DNA from: Bacillota bacterium | GTDB taxonomy: Bacteria; Bacillota; Clostridia; Oscillospirales; Ruminococcaceae | Length of the DNA: 64,000 nucleotides | Assembly: GCA_023415575.1 (NCBI GenBank) | Contig: JAEZKF010000027.1 | Coordinates: forward strand, 9,685 to 73,684 | Reading direction: 5' to 3' | In this document: one piece after another, positions 37,980 to 47,890 of the stretch | Numbering within the stretch: position 1 is the first letter of the stretch | Layout: each line of letters begins with the position of its first letter | Translations under genes and position numbers: made by a program | Notes under the pieces: generated by a model | What the model was told of the DNA's origin: nothing | The model's database searches: none | The model's input: only the letters and a program-made list of their open reading frames with translations

Positions 37980-40901
37980 TTATTGTTGTCCGTCGTTTTC
38001 GTCCTTGTCGTCGTGGCTAAGGTTCGGGTCAACTCCCAGAATAAAGTCCTCATCGTTTGAAAGCATCCTTCTCAGGCGCTGACCAAGCGGCTGGTCGGCT
38101 GTTGTGTCGGCAGAAGATGCCGGATAAAAGCCCTTCTTTACAGGCGGAACGCTGCCCGCCTTCTCCCTGCGCGCGAGCGCATCAAACGAGGGCCTCTCCT
38201 CTGCCCGCTCAGGTTCAGCGGTTGTCTCCCCTTCCGGCTTTGGTGTAAAGCCCTTCGGGGCGGCAGCCATCACAGGCTCCGGTGCAGGCATAGTGGGCGC
38301 AGTTGGTGCAGCCGGCTTAAACCGCTCGGTTGCGCTTAAATGGCGGTAGCGTCCGGTGCGCAGTGAGACCGGCTGATCGGGCGCGGGCGGCTCGTCTTGC
38401 GCCGTGAAATAGGGCTGCTCTTCCTCGTCAAGCGGGTCGATGGCAAGGTCGGGCATCTCATCGTCAATATAAAGGGCCAGCTGGTCGCCTACAACAGGCG
38501 GGCCGGTCGGGTCATCCTGCGGGTTGTCGCCGTCGGGCGGCTGGGGGCCGCGCTTGCGGCGGATTAAGAAGATGATAAGCAGATAAACTGCCAGCACAAA
38601 CAAGGCGCCAAGCGAGATGATAATACCCTGCTTAAGTCCCGGGGTGTGGTACTCAAACCGGATGACGTTCTCCCCAGCAGGTGCGCGCACCGCCATAAAG
38701 CCGATGTTTGCACGCTCGATGTCCACAGGCTCGCCGTTGACATAGGCGGTAAAGCCCTCGTCATAGGGCACCGAGAAGAACACAAGGCTTTCTTTACTCA
38801 GGTTGATACCCGCAGTAAAGCCGTAATTGTCAAAGGCAAAGTAGTGTGCGCTCTGGGCCTTGCGGGCTGCGCAATCGGCAGCAAACTGCTGCTCATCAAG
38901 CTCGTCTGCGTAGATGTCGTCCGCATGGGTGAGGATATCCATGTTGCGGTCGGCGGTCTCCCAGTCAAGGTAGACGGAATGAACCAGAAGGTTTCCGCGC
39001 TTGACGGTCGGGGTATCCTCAAACTGTGTTTCATCCACATAGGTATCGTAAGCAAAGCCCATGGGGATGTAGTTTTCGTTCTCGTAGATCTCGTAGCCGT
39101 TCTGGGTGTCGTAGTAGCGGTAGCCCGGCATTGCAAACTCGCGGTCGCCGTCTAAGTTTACAAACAGCCACCGCACCGAAAGCAGAGACCGCAGGCCGTA
39201 GTATTTGGTCTCGGGGCGCGAACCCACCGCCCGTTCTACCCCCACCTCGGGGTAGAACTCCATCACCGATGCAGGCACAATGGAATGGAAGGCCTGAATG
39301 GTCGGCATATGCCAGAACATCGACTGGTTGTCCATACCGTCGTAAACGTCGGTGCGGAAGAACTGGTTTTCGGTTGGGGGAATGTCAAAGTTATCGCGCG
39401 CCTCGAGGGCAGTATCGATGATATAACTGGTTGAGTAGGAATGGGTCTTGCCAAGCCCGATGAACATCATGCCGTAGGCGCATGAAATCACGCAGGCGGT
39501 AACCAGTGCATAGCGCGGAAGCTTTGGGTTATTTTTGTATCCTTTAAAGAGTATTGCCATCAAAACAATGCACAATACCGCAATGCCAACATACATCCAG
39601 AACCGGTCGGGATATGCCTCCAGACCGATTTTATACTCCTCGCCGTCCTTGACCGGCATAAGGCCGATGGCAATCGTGATAAGCGCCGTAATCACACCCG
39701 CCCCGCGGACACCTGCCAGGATATCACATTCCTTGTCCTCAAAGGCCATCACGGTGGCAAGTGCAAGGAACAAAATGGGCATATAGAACCAGCGGGCGTA
39801 GTAGCTGCTGTTAAACAGGAAGAAGGCGCTGTTCAGAACAGGCACCAGTGCAAACACAAGGCAGGTGATGATAATGCGCTTGACGAAATGTCCGCGCTTT
39901 GACTGCAAAAAGGCAATTACACCGCACATACCGGTAAGGGGCAGCCAGCCGGCCACCGATGCCCACTTGACGTTGCCGTCCGGAAAGAAGTTGGGTCGGC
40001 TGGGCAGATCAGGCGGGAAGAAGAAGGTCTGCAGAATTGCGCCGTAGCGCTGAACGTTGTTGTAAAACAGGGCGTTCCAGCCGTTAAAGGTGTCGTCGAC
40101 ACGCGGGTTATCAAGGATGGCAAGCGCCGACGGCAGCAGTAAGAAGGCGCCAAGTAAGGTACCCGCCACTGCCTCCAGAGCGAGGGTGAAAAACCGCTTT
40201 GGGGTCAGGCGGTAGGCGCCGCTTGCAAGGCGGATGATGAAGTAGATGATGACAAACACCACCTGCCCCGCAAAAAAGAAGTAGTTTGAAATCGCGCAGA
40301 TGAATACACTCAGCGCAAAGAAGCCGCGGCGGTCGTTTTGCAGGTGCTCCTCAAGGGAGATGAGCAAAAGCGGGAAAAAGGCAATCGCCTCATGGAAGTG
40401 GTTAAAGAAGATATTATAGATAGAAAAGCCCGAAAAGGCGTACAGAATACCGCCCAAGAGGGCATAGTCCTTGTTCTTGACAAAGCGGGTGATAAAGCCG
40501 TATCCCGTCAGCGAGATGGTAGCAAACTTCAGGCAAAGCAGGGGCGCCATGAGGTAGGGCACCACGGAAGTGGGAAAAGGCAGGGTCAGCCAAAAGTAGG
40601 GGCTGCCCAGCAGGTAGAAGCTGTACGAGCCGATGAAGTTTACCCCAAGGTCGGTATACTCGTTCCAGTAGATCGCCCCACTGCGCACCGCCTCGTGGGC
40701 GAGCTTATAGAAGGGAATCTGCTGAACGTTAAAGTCCCCGAAAAAGAAGAAGTAGCCTCTGTCGTAGATGACAAACGGCAAAAACATCACCGCTGCCACC
40801 AGCAGTCCGATTAAGAACGCCTGCTTGTACCTTTCCTGTGAGGTTTTGGTTTCTGCCTTTTTCATCGCGTCTTCCTCGCTTGTTATTATTGGTTCCGCCA
40901 A
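37980..40901 (-). CDS. YfhO family polytopic membrane glycosyltransferase with a long disordered C-terminal tail
   Basis: 973 aa. More than 10 TM segments, a large extracytoplasmic domain, a final TM segment, then about 190 aa rich in Pro/Asp/Glu. Start may be 40865 (MKKAETK). Confidence 0.8.
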   Translation of the reverse strand: MAEPIITSEEDAMKKAETKTSQERYKQAFLIGLLVAAVMFLPFVIYDRGYFFFFGDFNVQQIPFYKLAHEAVRSGAIYWNEYTDLGVNFIGSYSFYLLGSPYFWLTLPFPTSVVPYLMAPLLCLKFATISLTGYGFITRFVKNKDYALLGGILYAFSGFSIYNIFFNHFHEAIAFFPLLLISLEEHLQNDRRGFFALSVFICAISNYFFFAGQVVFVIIYFIIRLASGAYRLTPKRFFTLALEAVAGTLLGAFLLLPSALAILDNPRVDDTFNGWNALFYNNVQRYGAILQTFFFPPDLPSRPNFFPDGNVKWASVAGWLPLTGMCGVIAFLQSKRGHFVKRIIITCLVFALVPVLNSAFFLFNSSYYARWFYMPILFLALATVMAFEDKECDILAGVRGAGVITALITIAIGLMPVKDGEEYKIGLEAYPDRFWMYVGIAVLCIVLMAILFKGYKNNPKLPRYALVTACVISCAYGMMFIGLGKTHSYSTSYIIDTALEARDNFDIPPTENQFFRTDVYDGMDNQSMFWHMPTIQAFHSIVPASVMEFYPEVGVERAVGSRPETKYYGLRSLLSVRWLFVNLDGDREFAMPGYRYYDTQNGYEIYENENYIPMGFAYDTYVDETQFEDTPTVKRGNLLVHSVYLDWETADRNMDILTHADDIYADELDEQQFAADCAARKAQSAHYFAFDNYGFTAGINLSKESLVFFSVPYDEGFTAYVNGEPVDIERANIGFMAVRAPAGENVIRFEYHTPGLKQGIIISLGALFVLAVYLLIIFLIRRKRGPQPPDGDNPQDDPTGPPVVGDQLALYIDDEMPDLAIDPLDEEEQPYFTAQDEPPAPDQPVSLRTGRYRHLSATERFKPAAPTAPTMPAPEPVMAAAPKGFTPKPEGETTAEPERAEERPSFDALARREKAGSVPPVKKGFYPASSADTTADQPLGQRLRRMLSNDEDFILGVDPNLSHDDKDENDGQQ

Positions 40902-41091
40902 AAAACCGGCAAGACCGGGGCGGAAAAACGCACATCCCGGCCTTATTAGCGGGATATGAAAACAAGTCTAAATCTTGTTTGATTATACCACTTTAAAAAA
41001 ACAGTGGCAATAAAAATGGACTTTTATTGCGCGGGGCACAAAATAATCCGTCTTTATTCTCAGCTTGCCGCAAATGCGTATATTAAAATAT

Positions 41092-41115
41092 AAAAAAGAG
41101 CCGCTGATGCGGCTC
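41092..41115 (-). terminator. Intrinsic terminator after the TM2 gene
   Basis: Minus strand: GAGCCGC-atca-GCGGCTC followed by TTTTTT. Confidence 0.65.
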
Positions 41116-41132
41116 TCAGTTTACTTATGTTC

Positions 41133-41330
41133 TTATTCCAGAGGATTACCGTTCTTATCGGTGAATTTACCGGTGGCAATCAGGATGATGTCGACAATGT
41201 ACCAGATGCCAAGTCCACCCCAGGTAATCAGCTTGAGGATGCCGGTGCCGACCTTGCCGACATAGAAGCGGTCTACACCAAGTCCGCCAAGCAGGATAGA
41301 AAGGATAAGTGCTGTAGTTTTGCTTTTCAT
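41133..41330 (-). CDS. TM2 domain-containing small membrane protein
   Basis: 65 aa from ATG 41330: MKSKTTALILSILLGGLGVDRFYVGKVGTGILKLITWGGLGIWYIVDIILIATGKF. Confidence 0.75.
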   Translation of the reverse strand: MKSKTTALILSILLGGLGVDRFYVGKVGTGILKLITWGGLGIWYIVDIILIATGKFTDKNGNPLE

Positions 41331-41473
41331 TTGGAAAAATGTCCTCCCATATACTTGATTTGGTGCTACATTCTTCATACAATAGTGTTATTTTACTTTG
41401 TCATCTGTTAGAAGTCAAGAGAAATTTCTCTGTTTGTGGTTAATTTTCTATATTATTCGGTGAAATTGTCGAA

Positions 41474-41505
41474 TAAAAAAGACCACGTGCATAAACGTGG
41501 TCTTT
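41474..41505 (-). terminator. Intrinsic terminator after pyk
   Basis: Minus strand: AAAGACCACGT-loop-ACGTGGTCTTT followed by TTTATT. Confidence 0.7.
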
Positions 41506-41513
41506 CATTATCA

Positions 41514-43256
41514 TTAGCTGCAGGAAACGATACCGCGCATGGCGTCCATCGAAACCACCGTACCGGATTTTAGAATCTTGGTGGCATTCTCCGCATCCAC
41601 AATCACGGGGATATCAAGGCTCAGGCCTACAATGGCGGCATGGCTGTTTGAGCCGGGCTGCTCGGTGATAATACCGCTTGCCTTCTTGAGGATTGGCAGC
41701 AGGGCGTTTGAGGTCTGGGGGATAACGAGGATATCTCCGTCCTTAAAGCGGGCGAGGGCCTCCTCCTCTGTTTGGCATACACACAGGTTTGCACACACAG
41801 AAGCACCGGTGCCGACACCCTTGCCGGATACCAGCACATGGCCTACCATCTGCACCTTCATGAGGTTGGTGGTACCGGAAATACCCAGCGGCACGCCCGC
41901 CGTGATGACGACAAGCTCGCCTTCGGTGACGAGTCCCGCGTTTTGGGCGACATCCACCGCGTGCTCAAACAGGCTGTCGGTGGTGCTCTGCTCCTCAAGC
42001 AGAAGCGGGGTTACGCCCCAGGAGAGGTTCAGCTGGCGGGATACCTCCTCCGAGGTCGTGCAGCCTACAATCGGGCAGTTGGGGCGGTATTTGGAAATCA
42101 TGCGGACCGTGCGGCCCGACTTACTAACCGTAAGGATGGCAGCGGCACCCAGGTCATGCGCAGTGGTGCAGGTCGCGTGGGAGATTGCGTTGGTGACATC
42201 GGTGTATTCTCTGAAGCCAGCAAGCCGAAAACGCTTGATGTAGTCGATGTCGTTCTCCGTCTTTTCGGCGATGCGCGCCATGGTCTTGACCGCCTCAACC
42301 GGATAAAGACCCGAGGCCGTTTCGCCCGACAGCATAATCGCACTGGTGCCGTCGTAGATTGCGTTTGCGACGTCGGTTGCCTCCGCACGGGTGGGGCGGG
42401 GGTTCTTCATCATCGAATCGAGCATCTGGGTTGCGGTAATTACCTGCTTGCCCGCGTTGTAAACCTTTTTGATAATCATCTTCTGCAGCACGGGAACATC
42501 CTCAAGCGGAATCTCCACGCCCATGTCGCCGCGTGCAACCATGATGCCGTCCGACACACGGATAATCTCGTCGATGTTTTCCACACCCTGCGGGTTTTCA
42601 ATCTTGGAGATGATATTGACCGAATGGCAGTCGTACTCATCCAGAATACGGCGAATTTGCAGTACATCGTCCGCGCACCGCACAAAGGATGCAGCGATAA
42701 AGTCAAAGCCGGTCTGAATACCGAACACGATGTCTGCGTAGTCCCTCTCGTTGATGTAGGGCAGGCTCAGGGCTGTGCCCGGCACGTTGATACCCTTGCT
42801 GTTGCTCACCACACCGCCGTTGATAACGCGGCAGTGGATATCTTTTCCCTTAATGCGCTCTACCTCAAGCTCTATAAGGCCGTCGTCAATCAGCACACAG
42901 GCGCCCGGGCGCAGGTCCTTTGCAAGGTCCTCGTAGGTAATCGATGCGATGGTCTCGTCGCCCTCTACCTCCCGTCCGGTGAGGATGAAGTTCTGACCGG
43001 CGGTAAGGGTGACCTTGCCGTTTTTAAAGGTCTTTACCCTGACCTCGGGGCCGCGGGTATCGAGAATGGCGGGAATCGGGCGGTTGAGCTCTTTTCTCAC
43101 CTGCACAAGCGTATCAAAAACCCGCTTGTGCGAGGCGTGATCCCCGTGTGAAAAGTTAAACCGAGCTGCATCCATACCTGCAAGGATTAGCTTTTTAATC
43201 ATATCTGCGGTGTTGGAGCTTGGGCCCAGTGTACAGATTATCTTCGTTTTGCGCAT
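41514..43256 (-). CDS. pyk: Pyruvate kinase with a C-terminal PEP-utilising-enzyme mobile domain
   Basis: Start at ATG 43256 (MRKTKIICTLGPSS). MVARGDMGVEIP. The C-terminal 100 aa resemble the PtsI/PpsA swivel domain (GSNSHAAIVGLSLDIPVIV). Confidence 0.95.
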   Translation of the reverse strand: MRKTKIICTLGPSSNTADMIKKLILAGMDAARFNFSHGDHASHKRVFDTLVQVRKELNRPIPAILDTRGPEVRVKTFKNGKVTLTAGQNFILTGREVEGDETIASITYEDLAKDLRPGACVLIDDGLIELEVERIKGKDIHCRVINGGVVSNSKGINVPGTALSLPYINERDYADIVFGIQTGFDFIAASFVRCADDVLQIRRILDEYDCHSVNIISKIENPQGVENIDEIIRVSDGIMVARGDMGVEIPLEDVPVLQKMIIKKVYNAGKQVITATQMLDSMMKNPRPTRAEATDVANAIYDGTSAIMLSGETASGLYPVEAVKTMARIAEKTENDIDYIKRFRLAGFREYTDVTNAISHATCTTAHDLGAAAILTVSKSGRTVRMISKYRPNCPIVGCTTSEEVSRQLNLSWGVTPLLLEEQSTTDSLFEHAVDVAQNAGLVTEGELVVITAGVPLGISGTTNLMKVQMVGHVLVSGKGVGTGASVCANLCVCQTEEEALARFKDGDILVIPQTSNALLPILKKASGIITEQPGSNSHAAIVGLSLDIPVIVDAENATKILKSGTVVSMDAMRGIVSCS

Positions 43257-43437
43257 TGTAAGGTAAACCTTGCCTTTCCTGTTTGAAATATAAAATAGAA
43301 CGGACCAAGGGCAGGTAAAGGGTACGATGCTCCCTAATGGATGCGTTACTCCCATAAGGGTGTCATCCCTTTTGTGTCCGGTTAAACTGTCCGTCCGGCA
43401 TCTTCAAAAGTAATACGAACACGCTTATTAAAAAGCG

Positions 43438-44070
43438 TTAAAGCTTTCCTTCGGTGTCTTTCTTCTTTGCTTTTGCATACTTATAGTATTTGTATCCGCC
43501 AAACCCGATAAGGGCAAGGCCGACAAGGATGATGACGGCAATCTTATAGTCCTCGTAATAGGCGATAACTACCTGCCAGTTTTCAGAGAACAGATACCCT
43601 GCGCCCACCAGCACGCTGTTCCACACAACAATGCCGGCAGCTGAAGAAAGCGCAAAGGCCAGAGGGTTTTGCCGCCCAAGGCCCGCAATAAATGAGATGT
43701 AGGTTCTGCACAGGGGGATTACCCTGCCAAGCCCTACCGAAAGCAGGGCGTACTTGTCAAACTGTCGCTGCGAGTACTCAAGCCCCGGCTTCATCTTTGG
43801 AAACCGCGTTATGAGCTTGTGAATCACCGCAACCCCGCCAAAACGGCCGATTGCGTAGCAGATAAACGAGCCGATTAACCCTGCCGCAGTTGCAATAAGC
43901 AGGATAACGGGAAAATCAACCCCAGCTCCCACCGCGACGGCACCTGCAAACGGCAGTACAACCTCGCTGGGAACAGGCAGACAGGCGTACTCTAACATAA
44001 TCAATAGGAATACGGCGGGTAAACCGTAGTCCTGAACAATCTGCATGATGGTTTCCATGTATCTGCGCAC
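43438..44070 (-). CDS. DedA family membrane protein
   Basis: 210 aa. AVFLLIMLEYACLPVPSEVVLPFAG and the RVIPLCRTYISFIAG motif. Confidence 0.8.
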   Translation of the reverse strand: MRRYMETIMQIVQDYGLPAVFLLIMLEYACLPVPSEVVLPFAGAVAVGAGVDFPVILLIATAAGLIGSFICYAIGRFGGVAVIHKLITRFPKMKPGLEYSQRQFDKYALLSVGLGRVIPLCRTYISFIAGLGRQNPLAFALSSAAGIVVWNSVLVGAGYLFSENWQVVIAYYEDYKIAVIILVGLALIGFGGYKYYKYAKAKKKDTEGKL

Positions 44071-44595
44071 ATCCTTTGTGTTTCAGATGAGGGCGCGGCT
44101 TAAAAACGCATCCCCTGATTTATACCCCTATCTATCGAGGCTGTTTGTTATAATACGATTGCATCCGTATTGGGGATTCAATACTCATATGCAACATAGT
44201 TTCATATGTGTAAACACACTGCAAATATGTACTTTTGTTGCATTATTTGGGTCTGTCCTTTGCCTTGCAGAAGGCACAGTAAGCATTTGTCATCAGGGCC
44301 ATGCGTATTTTGCAAAACTTTTTTCCCATGATAATGATACCCGATTTGCACAGTGCCGTCAACAAAACTACCCGTGCGCGGATATACAAATTAGGGCCCT
44401 GACTGCTTGAGTTTTTAGTGAAATCGTGCTATGGTTATGCTGTACGAAAAAGGGCTTACCTATTCTGCCGAATACTGTTTTTCCCTTTATAGACAGAACA
44501 ATCAACCCACAACGTGCTTTATGCTTCGTTGCATCCGCATAAAGCACAAAAAAGGCTAGTGTCTAAAACACGGCCGGAAAGGCATGGTAATGATG

Positions 44596-45036
44596 ATGAA
44601 GATTGGTTTTTCGTGTGACCACACGGCTCAGGACCTAAAGGCAATTCTGATTGAGCATACAAAGGCCCTCGGCTACGAGACGGTTGACTACGGCTTTTGC
44701 CCCGACTATCCCGTTGCAGGTGTGCGTGTTGCACATGCAGTCGTAAACAAGGAGTGCGACCTCGGTATTATCCTCTGCGGCACAGGTGCAGGCATCTCGA
44801 TGGCCGCCAACAAGGTAAAGGGCATCCGCGCCGTAAACTGCAGCGAGCCTTATACTGCCCGCCTTGCGCGCATGCACAACAACGCTAACATTCTCTCCTT
44901 AGGTGCCCGCGTTGTTGGCCCCGAGCTTGCAAAGATGATTGTCGAGGAGTTTTTAAAGGCGGAGTTCGAGGGCGGACGCCACGCCCGCAGAGTCGGCATC
45001 ATCGGCGATATCGAAGAGGGCAAGCAGGTCGAATAA
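44596..45036 (+). CDS. rpiB: Ribose-5-phosphate isomerase B
   Basis: MKIGFSCDHTAQDLK ... ILCGTGAGISMAANKVKGIRA ... HNNANILSLGARV ... GGRHARRV. Confidence 0.9.
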   Translation: MKIGFSCDHTAQDLKAILIEHTKALGYETVDYGFCPDYPVAGVRVAHAVVNKECDLGIILCGTGAGISMAANKVKGIRAVNCSEPYTARLARMHNNANILSLGARVVGPELAKMIVEEFLKAEFEGGRHARRVGIIGDIEEGKQVE

Positions 45037-45049
45037 GTTTTATCCTACA

Positions 45050-45103
45050 AAAGGCTGTTGCAAACATCAGGCTCTCCCTGAATGTTGTGCAGCAGCCTTT
45101 TTA
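45050..45103 (+). terminator. Intrinsic terminator after rpiB
   Basis: Long imperfect hairpin AAGGCTGTTGCAAACATCAGG...CCTGAATGTTGTGCAGCAGCCTT followed by TTT. Confidence 0.6.
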
Positions 45104-45218
45104 ACGCTGTGATTGCAAATATATCCTAATTCTTTATAATTAATACATGTCAACAAATACACGTTTATGTTACTTGGGACTCTTTCCCCTTCGTACCGAC
45201 ATCAAAGGAGATAACATC

Positions 45219-45797
45219 ATGCTTGCATTATACCTGTCCACCCTCGAGACAGACAGCGACAAGGAAACCTTTACAGCACTGTATGAGCACTATGAGACTG
45301 CCATGTACAACATCGCCTTCGGCATCCTTCATGACCGCTACCTTGCCGAAGACGCTGTACATGACTCCTTTTTAAAGCTCACAAAATATATTTCCAATAT
45401 CAGGGATATTACCTGTCACAAAACCAGGGCTTTAATCGTTATTATTGTTAAGAACACTGCGATTGACCTCTACCGCAAGCGGACACTTCAAAACGAGATA
45501 CCGGATAATCCCTTACTTGAGGAGATGGTTGCAACCGAAGAGTTGCCGCTGGATAAGATCATCGCCGATGAACGGTTTGATGCCCTCAAGCACAAGCTGC
45601 AGAGCCTTAACAGCGAGTATCTTGACATCATCACGTTAAGATACCTGCACGGCTACAGCGGCGAAGAGATTGCACATATCCTTGGCATCACACCCGGTAC
45701 GGCACGCCAGCGCCTAAGCCGCGCCCGCAGAGCGGTAATGAAACTGATGGAGGAGGATGAGATACTTGGAGAAGACACTGAGGTCTGCCATCCTTGA
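45219..45797 (+). CDS. ECF-type RNA polymerase sigma factor (sigma-70 regions 2 and 4)
   Basis: From ATG 45219: MLALYLSTLETDSDKETFTALYEHYETAMYNIAFGILHDRYLAEDAVHDSF ... YSGEEIAHILGITPGTARQRLSRARRAV. Confidence 0.8.
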   Translation: MLALYLSTLETDSDKETFTALYEHYETAMYNIAFGILHDRYLAEDAVHDSFLKLTKYISNIRDITCHKTRALIVIIVKNTAIDLYRKRTLQNEIPDNPLLEEMVATEELPLDKIIADERFDALKHKLQSLNSEYLDIITLRYLHGYSGEEIAHILGITPGTARQRLSRARRAVMKLMEEDEILGEDTEVCHP

Positions 45798-46449
45798 TAT
45801 TTCGAAGGATTATGCGATTACCCTCTCTGCCTCTTTGGATAGCAATATGAGACCCGCCCACCGTTTTTCGCGCGGGTACCGCATCCGTAAAAAGGCCCTG
45901 ATAAGCGGGATGGAAGGCAGACAGCCGATATCACCGGCGATTTTGCGCAGAAGAATACTGGTTCCCCTTGTTGCAATCTTGATGATTATGGCAATCGCCA
46001 TGAGCGTTCAGGCAATCCGCGGGCCAGTTGTTTCGTTTGTCCAGCGCGTCTATGAAGAGATGACCGATTTTATCTTAGGAGCAAGCGACAACACCGAGCC
46101 GAAGGCCGCAACCGCCTTAGACTTTACCCTTTCTTATGTTCCGGAGGGCTTTAAGCTGGTCAATACGGTTGACAATGCCGGCATGAAGATGGAGGTATAT
46201 GAGGACAGACTCGGCGGAGACTTCTCCTTCGCCATAATCAATCAGGCGGAGAAGTTCTCAATCGATACCGAAGGAGCGGTGGTAACCGAGACGACCCTGC
46301 AGGATAAGAAGACGGTAATCTCCCAAAAGGATACCTACATATTGATTACCGTATTTGACCTTGAGAATCAATCCATCTACAACTATTACGGAACCCTGAG
46401 TCTGGATGAGGCTGTAAAGGTCGTAGAAAACGCCATCATAACTAAATAA
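45757..46449 (+). CDS. Putative anti-sigma factor, single-pass membrane protein (DUF4367-like from memory)
   Basis: Overlaps the sigma gene end. Central TM segment (ILVPLVAILMIMAIAMSV). Extracellular YVPEGFKLVN... domain. Start may be TTG 45766. Confidence 0.65.
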   Translation: MRYLEKTLRSAILDISKDYAITLSASLDSNMRPAHRFSRGYRIRKKALISGMEGRQPISPAILRRRILVPLVAILMIMAIAMSVQAIRGPVVSFVQRVYEEMTDFILGASDNTEPKAATALDFTLSYVPEGFKLVNTVDNAGMKMEVYEDRLGGDFSFAIINQAEKFSIDTEGAVVTETTLQDKKTVISQKDTYILITVFDLENQSIYNYYGTLSLDEAVKVVENAIITK

Positions 46450-46466
46450 GGTTGACAAATGACATG

Positions 46467-46506
46467 ATTGCCACCGGCCCCAAAAACCGGTGGCAATAAA
46501 TTTTTC
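46467..46506 (+). terminator. Intrinsic terminator after the anti-sigma gene
   Basis: ATTGCCACCGG-loop-CCGGTGGCAAT followed by AAATTTTT. Confidence 0.7.
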
Positions 46507-46680
46507 TAATATTTTTGTCACATAGTGTCACATTCGCGCCCTTTTATTCGTTATTAATAATTAGAGGCGGCTGTATCATAAACAAAGGCCCCCGAAACAG
46601 CAAATCCCCTTTCTAAATCGAAGAAGAAATGCAAAAAAGCACCCACATCAAACATTCCACACATATTGGAGGCATTTCTT

Positions 46681-47289
46681 TTGAAAAGACTAATTCTTTG
46701 TATTACACTAACCCTTACCTTACTTTTATCGGCTTGCGCGGCTGTCCCCCCACCGCAGACCGAGCAAATTCTCCACGATGCGGTGCAAAGCGACCAGTAT
46801 CAGCTTTCGGTTCACATCCTTGACCAAAACTATGCGGTTATCCGCTTAACAGATACACAGCTAAAGGATGCATATGAGGTAGACCGCACCGATACACCGG
46901 ATTCACAGGATGAATACGGGTGGTATGTTCAGTTCGGTATTTATGAAATAAAGCTGCATCACCTAAAGATGTATCAGCAAGCCCCATACAAGCCCCAAAT
47001 GATTCGCCTGCAGGATATGGAGTTAGAGCTTTACCAGAACACTTACAACCCAAAAGGAGAGTTTGTGTTTGGACACCTGCTTCCCGCAGAAAGCGTAAAG
47101 CTTGATGTGGACGGCACAGACCTTGTGTTTACGGTTAAGATTCCGGACGAGTATTATGAAATCGACCTGCGGACGCAGGGGGATATTGTTAGCCTGCAAA
47201 CGATGGACTGTACAAGACCAAAGCCCTATCAAACCATAGCTGTAGACCCTGCAAAAGCGGTGGTGATAGATTCTCTGCAGGTTGAATGA
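46681..47289 (+). CDS. Hypothetical lipoprotein
   Basis: GGAGG, 8 nt, then TTG 46681. Signal peptide with lipobox (M)KRLILCITLTLTLLLSAC. No family recognised. Confidence 0.6.
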   Translation: MKRLILCITLTLTLLLSACAAVPPPQTEQILHDAVQSDQYQLSVHILDQNYAVIRLTDTQLKDAYEVDRTDTPDSQDEYGWYVQFGIYEIKLHHLKMYQQAPYKPQMIRLQDMELELYQNTYNPKGEFVFGHLLPAESVKLDVDGTDLVFTVKIPDEYYEIDLRTQGDIVSLQTMDCTRPKPYQTIAVDPAKAVVIDSLQVE

Positions 47290-47398
47290 ACTATATTAAG
47301 GACTAAGAACATTAAAAACTCTATAAGCAAACAGCCGAAATCAGATACAAGCGGCAGTAAAGCCGTTTGGTATATCCAATCAAAGGAGGACGTTAATC

Positions 47399-47824
47399 AT
47401 GAAAGCAGTAATGAAAAAAGCCCTCATTCTTGTTGCATGCCTTTGTCTTTTGACTGTTTGGGTGTCTGCACAAGCCCCGGCACTTGTAACCGAGCCGTTG
47501 GACAGTATCATCACTCCTATGAACACCCATATCGGCACCACCTCAACCTATCTTGATGTGTCCGGCAAAACGGCAACCCTGTCCGCTAGTATGAGAGCGG
47601 TATCCTCTGTAACCAAATGTGAGATTTCCGCTACACTTCAGCGTTTGCAGAACGGTACCTGGGTAAACGTTAAGACCTTCACGGCGTCCGACAACACCTA
47701 CTACACCGCGCTTAGCGAGACCTATACCGTTACAAGCGGCTATTCCTATCGTCTGGCTACAACCTTTAAGGCCTATGTGAACGGCTCTTTGGTTGAAAGC
47801 TTCACAAAATACGCTTATTCTTAA
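47399..47824 (+). CDS. Hypothetical secreted beta-rich protein
   Basis: AGGAGG ribosome binding site. Signal peptide MKAVMKKALILVACLCLLTVWVSAQA. Ser/Thr/Tyr-rich mature part. Confidence 0.55.
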   Translation: MKAVMKKALILVACLCLLTVWVSAQAPALVTEPLDSIITPMNTHIGTTSTYLDVSGKTATLSASMRAVSSVTKCEISATLQRLQNGTWVNVKTFTASDNTYYTALSETYTVTSGYSYRLATTFKAYVNGSLVESFTKYAYS

Positions 47825-47890
47825 CAGACAATACCTCGCGTCATACCGCGATTTCAATGGGCATACCTCATTTTGATGCTCTGCTATCAA

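Noticed and set aside
41772-43151. 459-aa plus-strand ORF (and the 234-aa ORF at 41539-42243) antisense to pyruvate kinase
   Set aside because: The pyk reading frame is unambiguous. The antisense products are Arg/Gly/His/Val-rich with no recognisable motif.
44045-44410. 121-aa plus-strand ORF in the dedA-rpiB gap
   Set aside because: It begins inside the dedA coding region on the opposite strand. It has no ribosome binding site, and its composition (Cys/Phe/His/Gln-rich) is not protein-like.
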